A DNA stretch of 64,000 nt, taken from Octopus vulgaris. Its lineage: Eukaryota. The stretch spans positions 27,776,001 through 27,840,000 of the forward strand of contig OX597819.1 in assembly GCA_951406725.2 (NCBI GenBank), given 5' to 3'. Shown piece after piece: positions 52,351-64,000 of this stretch. The translations under genes and the position numbers were made by a program. Numbering within the stretch: position 1 is the stretch's first letter; each line of letters begins with the position of its first letter. The notes under the pieces were generated by a model, which was not told where the DNA came from, made no database searches, and saw nothing but the letters and a program-made list of their open reading frames with translations.

Positions 52351-53208
52351 TATATTTGGCGCATCCCACCTTAATTATAGCAAGCGTGACGGGTGATGGG
52401 GGAAGGGAATTTTGCGTCAAAATAGAGTCGCCCATCCGTTTTCGTTAGACATGTCTAGCATACGGTCATCCCTAACAGACAGGCCTATAGACCGAATATA
52501 TTCCAGTGGTAATCGTAACCGTCTTTTTGCATTATTGACTCAATTTTACCCAATATACCTTATGTTTAATACTGTAAGGTGTGATTGAATGAAGATTTGA
52601 ATGCTAGTTCCAGCATATCGAGTAACCGCGTTGGGTTATTGAATTTAAACCTACTACGAGGGTTTTTTTTTTTTTTAAAAAAAACATTGTACATTTTAGT
52701 CATACTCCAACCCCGAATTTGGTCACTTCGACTTCGTTCTGCATCTGCCTCACTTGACCTATCAATCAGATGACTGTCTGGGAATCTTATTCTAAGCAGA
52801 ATGGCGTTCTTTACTGTTTGATGAACGTCTTTCTGTTGTGCTTAAAATGTCATAAAACCGACAACGAAAATATTGTGGAGAATTTCGGGAGCTTTCGAGA
52901 GCAAAGCTTTATTTACATAGTTTAACATCTGTGCAACTAAGATTTTGCGTTGTTAATGAATGAATAATACTGGTGACTGAAGAAGGATTACTGTTGAGTA
53001 CATGTTATTGTGCCACAATCATCGCAACGTGTCTGTTCTCTTGTCACTTCATTCTCAAATACCCATTTCCCCACCCTTCTCAACCACTAGTTGTAAATCG
53101 ATACCATTATGTGCAGCACAGCACACTGTAATTGACACGGTGTTAAGTTTGTACCGCAACGTATACATTTGTGGCGTATAGAGAATGGGACGCGCTATAC
53201 CACGTCTC

Positions 53209-53241
<33 letters not shown>

Positions 53242-53244
<3 letters not shown>

Positions 53245-53618
53245 GGCTGTTTAGTAAGTAGCTTGTTTGCCAATCACATGATTACGGGTTCAGTCCCACT
53301 GTGTAGCACCTTGGGCAAATGTCTTCTACTATAGCTTCGGGCCGACCAAAAACCTTATGAGTGGATTTGGTAGACGGAAACTGAAAGAAGCCCGTCGTGT
53401 GTGTATGTATGTGTGTGTGTGTGTCTGTCTGTCCCCCACCCCATCGCTTGACAACCGATCTGGTGCTTACGTAACCCGTAACTTAGCGGTTCGGCAAAAG
53501 AGACCGATAGAATAAGTACTAAGCTTGCAAAGAATAAGTCACGGTGTCGATTTGTTCGACTGAAGGCGCGGTGCTCCAGCATGGCCGCAGTCAAATGACT
53601 GAAACAAATAAAAGAATA
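53242..53618 (+). mobile_element. SINE family A
   Basis: Homology to full copies. Confidence 0.88.
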
Positions 53619-53688
53619 TATATGAATATCGTCAATGTCTTATATATCCGGAGGAAAAACACACTAAAGCATAGAGCTGTAAAGTATT

Positions 53689-53795
53689 TATAAGTAAAGT
53701 CTATAATCCAGCCATAGAGTGACCAATGGTTTCGCATGGGGCAAAGGCAGAACCATTGGCCACTCTAGGATCGGATATAGACTTAACTACTTGTA
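53689..53795. other. ~105-nt imperfect hairpin (tiny MITE or pre-miRNA candidate)
   Basis: Core stem tagagtgaccaatggtttcgc / gcagaaccattggccactcta, 11-nt loop, basal extension aagtctata / tatagactt. Confidence 0.7.
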
Positions 53796-53814
53796 TATAT
53801 ATATATATATATAT

Positions 53815-54208
53815 GTGCAGGAGTGGCTCTGTGGTAAGTAGCTTGCTAACCAACCACATGGTTCCGGGTTCAGTCCCACTGCGTGGCATCTTGGGCAAGT
53901 GTCTTCTGCTATAGCCCCGGGCCGACCAATGCCTTGTGAGTGGATTTGGTAGACGGAAACTGAAAGAAGCCTGTCGTATATATATATATGTGTGTGTGTT
54001 TGTGTGCCTGTGTTTGTCCCCCTAGCATTGCTTGACAACCGATGCTGGTGTGTTTACGTCCCTGTCACTTAGCGGTTCGGCAAAAAGAGGCCAATAGAAT
54101 AAGTACTGGGCTTACAAAGAATAAGTCCCGGGGTCGATTTGCTCGACTAAAGGCGGTGCTGCAGCATGGCCGCAGTCAAATGACTGAAACAAGTAAAAGA
54201 GTAAAGAG
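53815..54208 (+). mobile_element. SINE family A, full length; older minus copy follows at 54225-54500
   Basis: Near-identical to 34398. Confidence 0.93.
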
Positions 54209-54574
54209 TATATATATATATATTTTGTTTCAGTCATTAGACTGCGGCCATTCTGGGACACTGCCTTGAAGAATTTTTTGTTGAATGTATCGACCCCAGT
54301 GTCTATTCTTTAAAGCCTGGTACTTATTCTATCAGACCCTTTTGCTGAATCACTAAGCTATAGGGACATAAACACACTAGCACTGGTTGTCAAGCGGTGG
54401 TTGGGGGACAAACGTGCGCACACATGACGGGCTTCTTTCACTCACAAAGCTTTTGTCAGCCCACGGCTAAGAGACACTTGCTGAATGTACCATGCAGAGT
54501 AACTGGACACACACACATACATATGTGTGTGTGTGTATACATATATATATATATATATATAAATATATATAATC

Positions 54575-54880
54575 ATCACTGTTGTTTAATGTCTGCTTTC
54601 TGTGCTGGTATGGGTTGGATGGTTTGACAGGAGTTGACCAGGTGGAAGACTATGCCAGACTACTGTCTGTTTTGGCATGGTTTTTATGGCTGGATGCCCT
54701 TCCTAACACCAACTACCCTGCAGAGTGGACTGAGTGCTTTTTATGTGGCACCAGCACAGGTAAGGTCGTTTTAGGATGGTTTTTACAGCTGGATACCATT
54801 CCAAATGCCAACCACTTCACAGTGTGGACTGGATGCTTTTATGTGGCACCAGCACTGGCAGGGCCACCAAGCAACTTGCA
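54575..54880 (-). mobile_element. SINE family E
   Basis: ggctggatgcccttcctaacaccaac motif, internally duplicated. Confidence 0.65.
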
Positions 54881-55311
54881 AGGCAAAGAATTTTGAGAGG
54901 GGAGGGAGCATTGGAGGGTGGGGGGGGAATCTTGTATCAGATGGTAAAAGGTTAGAGTGTGACAGAGAGATACAGAAACAGGTGTCTTGCTATAGAAGGG
55001 GTAAACACACACACACACACACGTCAAGAGGTTAAAGTATGGTAGACAAACAGGAACCAATGTCTTGTAGAGGAGATACATGGCTACCCCATCTGGAAAG
55101 ATTGAAAAGTAATGGAAGTGATAAGGTGTCAGGGTACCATCATGATGAATATAAGTGAGAACAGGAATAGAGGACTGGAATGAGTGGGTAGGTAGGTAGG
55201 TATATTCACAAGAATGTGAAAGTGATTGATGTGGGGACAGAAAACAATGAGGAAACGTGAGTGGAGGTGTGGTCAGTGCTGAAAACCAGTTTGGAGGAAA
55301 ATTAAAGGAAT

Positions 55312-55470
55312 TCATTCATTCATTGTTCGACCGTGGTCGAGACAATGGAATTTACTATGTTACGCCAGACTTCACAGTCCATCATAGCACTATGGAGTTC
55401 CTGTTGCTGGATGCCTGTATCCCTGGAGATTACATCAGGGTAGGAGAGTGTGCACCCTCTGGTATCACTG
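55312..55470 (-). mobile_element. RTE-type LINE 3' tip
   Basis: Closely similar to the 3' part of 16466-16830. Confidence 0.85.
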
Positions 55471-56399
55471 GATGCCCTTGGAGGTGCAACATGATCAGAG
55501 ACAGGACCCGGCAAAGCAGGGGCTGGACCTACATCCACAGGTATACTATTAAGTCTGGTTCCCTGGGGAAGAGGAACCCTGGTGCAGTTAATTGTAAATT
55601 CCACAGTCTTTTCAAATGGCTAATAATGTGTGCGTGCGCTGCTACTACAGGAGTCAGGGAGAAAGAGCAAGAAGGGATAAGTGGAAGTACAGAAGAAAGG
55701 GGGCGGATAGCAACAGTGTAATTAAACCATAAAAGGAAAACTATGGAGATGTGAAATAGTGGTGTGAGACAGTGATGTATAGAGACAGAGATCAGAGGAT
55801 CAAAGGTGGAAATATTTGTAGCAGAGGTTGCAGATATGAGAATTTGTTTTGCAGAAAAGGACATTCAGTGAAAAATAAATTAGTAAGGATGATATTGAGA
55901 ATATGGGATGGGTAACAAAAGGAAGTGATTCCAGTAAAAGGGATAATTTGTAGCACAGAAAGGAGTCGTATAATCATGGCACTTCACTGAGTCATGCTGT
56001 AGTTAGAAGTATGATGTAAATATGGGTGTTAGGAAGATGAGTTGGAGAAGCTTCACTGGGACAGATTGGGTGTGGGCGTATTGGTGTAGATGATATGCTT
56101 TTTATCCTGCAGTCAGTCTTCACTACTTTCTCCCATGTCTTTCTGGGTCTTCCTTATCCTCACGTTCCATCTACATTTGGTGATTGGTGCTTTACGCAGC
56201 TGTCCTCATCCACAGGCATCACATGACCATAGATGCAGAGTCTTCTCTTTTGCACACTACATCTGATGTCTCCTACACCCAATGGAGCATGATAGCTTCA
56301 TTTCTTTCTAAACTTCACATATCCTCTGCATTCAGAGCCCAGTTTCACTACCATGTAGCATTGCTACACAATAGTGCAGGCCTGAGTGCTGCACTATTC

Positions 56400-58030
56400 T
56401 CACTGCAGCAAAACTTAAACAATGTAAGATCAATATTGCTACTTTTTCTGAGACATGGTTATCGGGGCAAGGTCAGCTAATTGAAATGGGATGTGATGAT
56501 AACCTTTTTTGGATTGGCAAACGAGCATTTGAAAACTGAGAAGGCAGTGTTGGCTTTGTGATACAGAAGAACCAATCAGCAACTGTTTCTCTCTTTTTCA
56601 AAGCTGGATCCACTTTGACAGGGACATTGAAGCATTAGATAGAGCATTTTACAGATCTTTTTTCACAACCCATCCACAATAGTTGAGACCACTATTGGAG
56701 ACCTCCTGCAGTACAAGTTTATTGAGGAAATGGTCAATCATCCTAACATAGAAGAAGTCAAAATTACTGTTTAACAGTTCAACTCAGGGAAGACCCCCAC
56801 CCCCCAAGAATTGATGGTACACCAGCTGAAATTGTTAAGTATTATGAAAATATAATAACTGATCTTGTGACCGTATTAAATTTCAGTGTGTGAAGTGGTA
56901 CATCAATTCCATAAGAGTGAGGAGATGCAATACTGATCTCACTGCACAGGAGAAAACGTGTCAAACTGAGGCAACTTTTGTGGTATTTCTTTACTTGTAA
57001 ATGTTAGTAAAATATTCACCAGACATTTATTTGGTCATTTGCTGATAAACTTATGGTCCATTGTTGTCCTAGAGTCTCAGTGTAAATTTAAATCAAATCT
57101 TTACTGTCAGACAGTGTAATAGCTGTGCATAGGGCAGGGCCTCCCCACTTTTATCGAATGTTTGTTGACTTAATGAATGACATGAATAGACATGCATTAA
57201 GGAAAACTAGGATAGTTTAAGTACTCACTAGGTTTTGTTGATGCATTTGTCCAACAACTCACTGATATGAAGGATTGACTCAAAAAGTTCTCTGTTGAAA
57301 TCCAATCCCTGCATATAATAGTGTTGTGCAAATGCACTTGTACCAGCTTTTTTCTCCATATTCTTTGCAGCTGTAATTGCTCATGCATTTCGGGACTGTG
57401 ATAAACTTTATAATTTTAATTGTTTCAAAGCTAAATCAAAGACCTTTAAGCTGTTGTTCATAGTTTGCTGTATGTTGATGATTGCGACTTTGTAGTTCAC
57501 CAGAAGCAAAATATTCAGAAAATGATGGATCTCTTTTCCAGTGCATTTTACCTTTGCTTTTGGGCTTAGGTGCCTGAAGAAAACTAAAGTGATGTTAAGA
57601 CCTGTTCCAGGTGAACCATATGTCAAGTCAAATATACTTGTTCAAGGAACCAAATCTGATGTAGTGGATTCTTTTGTTTACCTCAGTAACTCAGTTTCCA
57701 AGGATGAATCCATAGATTCTTTGATTAACTTGAGGATTAAGTGAACTTCAGTTACATGTAGGACACTCAAAAGATGAGTTTGATTAAACAGGGCTTTGAC
57801 ACATTCCACTAAGTTTTGTATCTGTGATGCCTACGTAATCAGAAGCCTGATATACACATCTGAAACCTAGACACCATGTCAATGGCATATCAAAATACTT
57901 GAAAGATTCCATTGGAAGTGTGTAATATGTCTAATGCATGTATTAAATAGGAGTTGGAAATCTTTTACAACTGACACAGACCTATTGGAAAGTGGAGTTG
58001 TCTCAGTATTGAAAGCTTGTCTTATCAAGT
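56400..58030 (+). pseudogene. Ancient RTE/BovB-like LINE RT remnant
   Basis: Decayed motifs in order: IDGTPAEIVK, GISLL, FVDL, FSIFFAAVIAHAF, YVDDCDFVVH, VVDSFVYLSN, ERFHWKC. Confidence 0.7.
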
Positions 58031-58191
58031 CTGTGTGCACACACGTGCATGTGTTTGTGTGTGTGTGTGTAAAATACATATTTAAACGCAAGGTATATAA
58101 GTTTCATGGTTCTGTAATACATGAAAATTATAGTAGCTTGTATTTAAATTCTCTGAACACACACACACATTCAAATATATATATATATTAA

Positions 58192-58408
58192 AGGCGGCGA
58201 GCTGGCAGAGACGTTAGCACACCGGGCGAAATGCGTAGCCGTATTTCGTCTGCCGCTACGTTGTGTGTTCAAATTCCGCTGAGGTCGACTTTACCTTTCA
58301 TCCTTTCGGGGTCGATTAAATAAGTACCAGTTACGCTCTGTGGCCGATATAATCGACTTAATCCATTTGTTTGTCCTCTCTGTGTTTAGCCCCTTGTGGG
58401 TAGTAAAG

Positions 58409-58412
<4 letters not shown>
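58192..58412 (+). mobile_element. SINE family B
   Basis: Full-length homology. Confidence 0.9.
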
Positions 58413-58452
<40 letters not shown>

Positions 58453-58599
58453 TTCTCTTTTGGAGCATTGATTATCAAATCATATTTCAGAACCTATAAA
58501 TAATAGCATGTCAATATTGGGTTGGAATAGCCTTTTGGATAGAAAAAGTTGAAGGCTGTCCATGGAACCTGAACCCACATCTGATTATATTTAGTTCAT

Positions 58600-59470
58600 C
58601 AACTGGTAGTGATCAAGATGTCAGTGAAGCCTGTATCTCTAACTACTGATGGTCTTGCCCTCATAGCTTATGAACTGTATGATACACAAGACTTGTTAGC
58701 TACTCTTGAAAATGCTGCTGCTAAAGTCAGTCTTATAGGTCAACCAGTTCTAATGATTACATACAACCCAAAGAGGTCACTGACTTCAAGTACTTTGGAT
58801 CCTATGTTGCTGACAGTAAGGAAGACTTTCTGAAATGCAACGTTAAAACCCTGGAGTGCCTGTAACATGTTTCAAAACATTTGGTAACAAAATATTTCAA
58901 AGTGAAGAAGGTTGGCTTCCTTCAGGACATGTGTTGAGAGCATTCTTTTCCATGGAACCAAAACTTGAACCATGAAGAAGTAGCTTTAACCCTTTCATTA
59001 CTGTATTTATTTTGAGATGCACTGTGTTTCTTTCAATTATTTTAACTATAACAAAGAATTGAGTAAAATAACTTAGTTACCATTAAGCTAGTGTTAGGAA
59101 CATAAATTGTGACTAAGGTTTGGTGGAAGATTTTAATTCAAAACTTATGAAAACAAGGCATTTGTACTACAGAGCCAGAGCTGGTTTCAGCTGAGTTGGT
59201 AGCAAAAGAGTTAAGGTTATCTTCATGATACATAGATCAGGCTTCATATGAGGGCTCAGAGCATTTCATAGTGTGAGCACAAGACCCAAGAGATTTATGA
59301 ATACAGTCCATCTTCTCTACTATTATTTCTCAATGCAGCATAGGCTTCCTGGCCACTGCTATTGTGCTGGACACTACACTGTATAAGATGCTGTAGTTTG
59401 GAAACTTCTGCATCCTTAAAGAGAACAAAAAAAAAAAACACTCAACTACATTGATGTTATTGGCAGAGAA
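58600..59470 (+). pseudogene. Ancient RTE-type LINE remnant split by a TTAA MITE
   Basis: DGLALIA...QDLLATLENAAAKV, DFKYFGSY, CVESILFHGTKT*TMKK continuing across the MITE. Confidence 0.65.
58990..59210. mobile_element. piggyBac-like MITE
   Basis: TTAA|cccttt...aaaagag|TTAA; the RTE remnant resumes across the TTAA. Confidence 0.75.
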
Positions 59471-59621
59471 ACATAAAATTGAAAACCTTTTAAAGTTAAT
59501 GTGGAATCCAAGATCCCTGATGTTTCATGACAAAGTGCATCTTGATTGCAGCTGCTTGAAAAAGAAGAAAGCTTGGAACCTCAGATTTCATTATTGCAAA
59601 AGAGTGAATATTAGGTTTCTA

Positions 59622-60019
59622 TACTCTTTTTACTCTTTTACTTGTTTCAGTCATTTGACTGCAGCCATGCTGGAGCACCGCCTTTAATCGAGCAAATCGA
59701 CCCCGGAACTTATTCCTTGTAAGCTCAGTACTTATTCTATCGGTCTCTTTTGCCGAACCGCTAAGTGACGGGGGCGTAAACACACCAGCATCGGTTGTCA
59801 AGCAATGCTAGGGGGACAAACACATACACACACATATATATATATATACATATATACAACAGGCTTCTTTCAGTTTCCGTCTACCAAATCCACTCACAAG
59901 GCATTGGTCGGCCCGGGGCTATAGCAGAAGACACTTACCCAAGATGCCACGCAGTAGGACTGAACCCGGAACCATGTGGTTGGTTAGCAAGCTACTTACC
60001 ACACAGCCACTCCTGCACC
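59622..60019 (-). mobile_element. SINE family A, full length
   Basis: Near-identical reverse complement of the 53815 copy. Confidence 0.95.
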
Positions 60020-60245
60020 TATGTTTAAATTTTTATTTTTATTTATTCTAACATGAAAATAACTTGATATTTCTTGCTTTGAAAAGAAATATATGTCATT
60101 TTAATATCAAGATCACAACTTTTTTTTAGTATATAACTGTTGATATATGATCTAAGTGTGTCAAAGTTTTGAAACAAAAACAAAAAAACATCATGTATTA
60201 CAAGTGAGTTCTTAGCTCTTTTAAGGAAGGTGCAGCTTTTGGAGT

Positions 60246-60331
<86 letters not shown>

Positions 60332-63300
60332 TCGACCTTTTGCATTTGTGTATGTGTGAGTGTATGTATAAACCATCTTTTAACTTTTAAAAACTTACTG
60401 ATATTTTCTACTTTTAAATTGCTGATTATGTATATTACACATGCTTAAGACTAACTTGTTCAATTAGCTAATAAAAAAAGCAAACTAACAAATGAATATG
60501 ATAAAATGTGACTTTTAAACAGACTTCTAAGTACTAGTAGTTTAGGAAATGAAATGAAAGTGAAATATGTTTAGGCATAGATTACATGGCTATGCCTAGC
60601 TGTGTTTGGTGTCGGCCTCATGTTTTGTAATGCTAGCATAGGATAGATGTTTTAATTGTATAAGCATAGTAGTTACAGTTTGTGCACAAAAGGCCATAAA
60701 TATGTGAGTCAGCTTTTTAGTTTGTTTTTATTTTTTTATTTAGATTGTTTTTATTGTTCATTAGCCAGTGAAAAAAGACAAAAATAATAATTGCCATTTG
60801 TTTGTATTAATACAAATTCAGTGCTTATGAGAGTATTTTTGGCTTGTAATTATTAATTCCTCATTTTTTTTTTTTTTTTTTTTTGCAAATTGTGAACTAT
60901 AGCATTTATTGGTCATGTTTCCAGTGGGCTAATCCCTGGTTCACTGCATTTCTAATGGTGCAATTGACAAGGGAATGCTTGTAACTTGGTGCAGAACAAA
61001 TATTGCAAGAGATTTCATTTGAAGAGCACTGGTTGCTTTTTCAAATTTCTCAACAATGTTTACATCCTTTGCCAGTATACACTGATGAAAAATATACACA
61101 TAATCTTTGTATCTTTCCTCTTATCTATCTATCCCTCAATACATCCCTACACACTTGAGAGATCTTGTCTTGCAGGTATTTAGTGACCTCACCAATGCTG
61201 GTACTATGAAAAAAGCACCCAGTACACTTTCTGAAGTGGCTAGCATTAGGAAGGGCATCTTGCTGTAGAAACCATGCCAAAACAGACATTGGAGCAACTT
61301 TCTAGTTCATCAGTTCATCTTGAACTGTCTAATTTATACCAGCGTAGAAAAGGGGACTTTAAATGTAAATCTTTTTTTTATGTCTATCTATATGTATCCA
61401 TCTATCTATCTATATGTATTCTATATTTATCTCCCTATCAATACACACATGCTCCAGTCTACCAATTTCTGCTTACAAGGCACTGTTCAGCATGAGGCTA
61501 CTGTAGACAACGCTTTCACAAAGAACCAGGCAATAGAATAGAACCTAGAATCACATGGTTGTGAAAAGGATTTTTTAACTACACAACCATCTGAGCCCAA
61601 GATTTCCAATTTAGAATCTAATATCTTTTTTTTTTTTTTTCTACAAATTTTTTTCACATGTATGATTCTGTAGGATGTGTTGAACCTTAATTCAGGTTCA
61701 CAGAAATGTTTTTAAATGTATGCTCCTCTTAAAAACTGGGTCCAGCTTTGTTCTTTTATTTATATAGAATAGAGATTTTTTTCTAGAATAAAAATTACTG
61801 GACAATAACGTAACAATTGAAGTCTATTTCCTACAATATTTGGACATTAAAGAAATATTTTAGGAGTGTTGTGTTTTTCCTGAGTCAACCCTGCTTTAGT
61901 AGGTCTATTGATTGAAGACATTTCCGCCACGAGCATCCTATCTTTTAAGGTATGTTTGATAAGTTGGTGCCATTCCTTCAATTTCCAGTTCTTCCTCTCA
62001 GATCTATGGTGTACGCTGCATTTTCCCAGCTCTACAATGTACACCCCTTTCCTCTCCTCTACATTGTGCACCCTCTTTATCATTTAAAAAAAAATTATAA
62101 TGAATTCTTTCAGCCATCACTCTCTTCACAGCATCTGGAAAATTCAGTTGAATTATAATTAACTTGTGTACAGGAAATCAATAGTATTATCATTCTGCAT
62201 ATCACTAAGTAAACCTGTTATCTGGCAAAATTTAAATGTTACCAAATCCTGTGACAAGTCATAACAATGAACCTGCTTATCTTCCTTGCCACCACCCCTA
62301 ACTCTGTCCTCTACCCATTGTTCCAAGAATATCATCTTGTTTTCTGTTTATTATTTAGATTTCATAATTTCATAGGAAATTATGTTGTTCAGAATTTGTG
62401 TAGCACCTCAGGTAATCTAGCTTACTCAGGTGTGTAGTATCAGCCTTTTATGTTGGACTACATTATCTAAAGTGTTCTTTCTTTATGTCAGACAATAGTG
62501 TTTGGTTTGCAGGTGATCTGATGGCTATTTCTTGCTTGTTGGTTCAATGTAGGATTTTAAAAAAAAATTAGACAGTAAAATGTATATTTTGTCAGTGTAG
62601 ACCTCTTCTGACATATGTATAGTCTTGGAAACTTTATAGATCAATACAAGATTGGGAAAAAATCATAGTTTACAGAACAGGAGATCTATAACTTTTCCAA
62701 TTATCTGATGTTGCTATTTTATTCACTTATTTTTATTTACTGTTCTCTTCCATTATTTAACCAGATCTCAATGGCTAATCTTTTTTTAAAAAAAAAATGT
62801 CCAATTTTCTTATTTTCTTTATCTTCTGTTAACAATCAAATATTCATTACTTAGGAATTTTCCAATTACTTTGCAATGGCTAAGATAATTATTTTGTATT
62901 CCTATATCATATTGTCATAATCGTACTACCATTTTGCTATTAATGGATCTGTGATTTACTAATGCATTTTTAATAATCCGACATGAAGGTCACTAACCAA
63001 CATCCTCTATTCTCTGGTCCTCAGATATTTTTCCTCTCTCTGACTTTTCTGCTCCTATAGTAATCTCTTCTTGAAACTCAAGCACTCCCAATTCACACAC
63101 CTCTTCTCCCCCATATTGTGTTCACCCCCATAGATACATTTAGTGAGTGTCTATGTATTCAGTTCTTCATTGCCAGAACATCAACTTTTTTTAATTCCTT
63201 GCTTGCACATGTTTTCCCTGTACAGCAATCTTATTTATCTCACCAGTATTAGAGTGCCTGTAACCCTACTGTAGAAGCTCTCTCTTCTTCGATGGAAGCT

Positions 63301-64000
63301 GGAGAATTAGAAGAGAGTGCAGGGAGTATTTTGTCTAAGTTAATAGTTCAGTGTCAATTTCAAAGTTTTTTTTTTTATCTCTTTGACAATGTCAGTTCAC
63401 CACCTCCAGTTAGACAACATATTGACAGACATTAGAGTGTAGTATTCATTTCATTTCCCTATAGTCTGAGGTCAAATCTCACTGGAGTGATCTTTGTCTT
63501 TTGTCCTTTTGAGGTCAATTTGTGGAACTTTTAAAGGGTCAGGCAAGATGATTTGTGGTATCTGTTCTGGATCTTTTGTGTTCTTACAGTGATACTTGTG
63601 ATGACACTGGAGCTAAGCTGTAGTGCTCCAAGTCAGTGGCTTTTCTCCTGGATAAATATCACTGATTAGAGAGGGGAGACTTGCATGCTTGGACAAGTGC
63701 TAGTCTCCTTAAAAAAAATTACCCAGGCCTGTGCAAATGTGCAGATACAAGGTCAACCTTAATTGCTAGTGGCTCTAACAACATTTAGTCTAACACCACA
63801 TCCAAGTATTCATTTTATCATTTTTCATTTTTCTTTCAAAAGATAAGGTGACTGAATTGAAACACTGGACATAAAAATGAGATCAAACATTTTCTGTAAC
63901 AATATTGTGCACTACTTAGCAAAGCACATTTTTTGGTTTTACAAATTTTTTTGAAAGTTGTCTTTAATAGGAAAGAAATCAAACTAAACAAGATAAAGGA

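Noticed and set aside
53787-54038. Recurrent ORFs such as MSSNARGTNT... and MTTDAGVFTS... that look like a gene family
   Set aside because: All are chance frames within SINE A copies.
61847-62158. Small ORFs near 62 kb
   Set aside because: Probably an old LINE RT remnant (FDKL resembling AFDKV); too decayed to call.
50830-64000. AMFR exon 2 (expected VLVNT...FGxLR)
   Set aside because: No matching translation found by eye; probably beyond the window.

Overview
AT-rich, repeat-dense animal DNA. The SINE, Helitron, RTE and Penelope repertoire and the (TA)n/(CA)n load suggest an octopus/coleoid cephalopod genome (inference). Only two host coding exons are recognisable, and they face away from each other about 36 kb apart: GINS3/PSF3 first coding exon (14599-14482, minus) and AMFR/gp78 first coding exon (50521-50829, plus). 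No downstream exons of either gene were found, so 1-14481 and 50830-64000 are probably their first introns. The rest is layered transposon debris: several tRNA-derived SINE families with swappable heads and tails; two decayed autonomous Helitron fragments (helicase and Rep) plus four non-autonomous Helitrons; hAT, piggyBac-like and Merlin-like MITEs; a Tc1/mariner; CR1, RTE and Penelope fragments; solo LTRs. Best leads: (1) a TSD-bounded ~1.76 kb retroelement encoding only an ORF1-like protein (HAL1-like), nested in a Helentron-type element and itself hit by a solo LTR; (2) a candidate spliced non-coding transcript diverging from the AMFR promoter; (3) a candidate alternative first or poison exon and a pre-miRNA-like hairpin in AMFR intron 1; (4) repeated antisense SINE-in-SINE fold-backs that could be ADAR substrates. 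Protein identities come from recalled motifs, not database searches. Repeat boundaries without a stated TSD are approximate.
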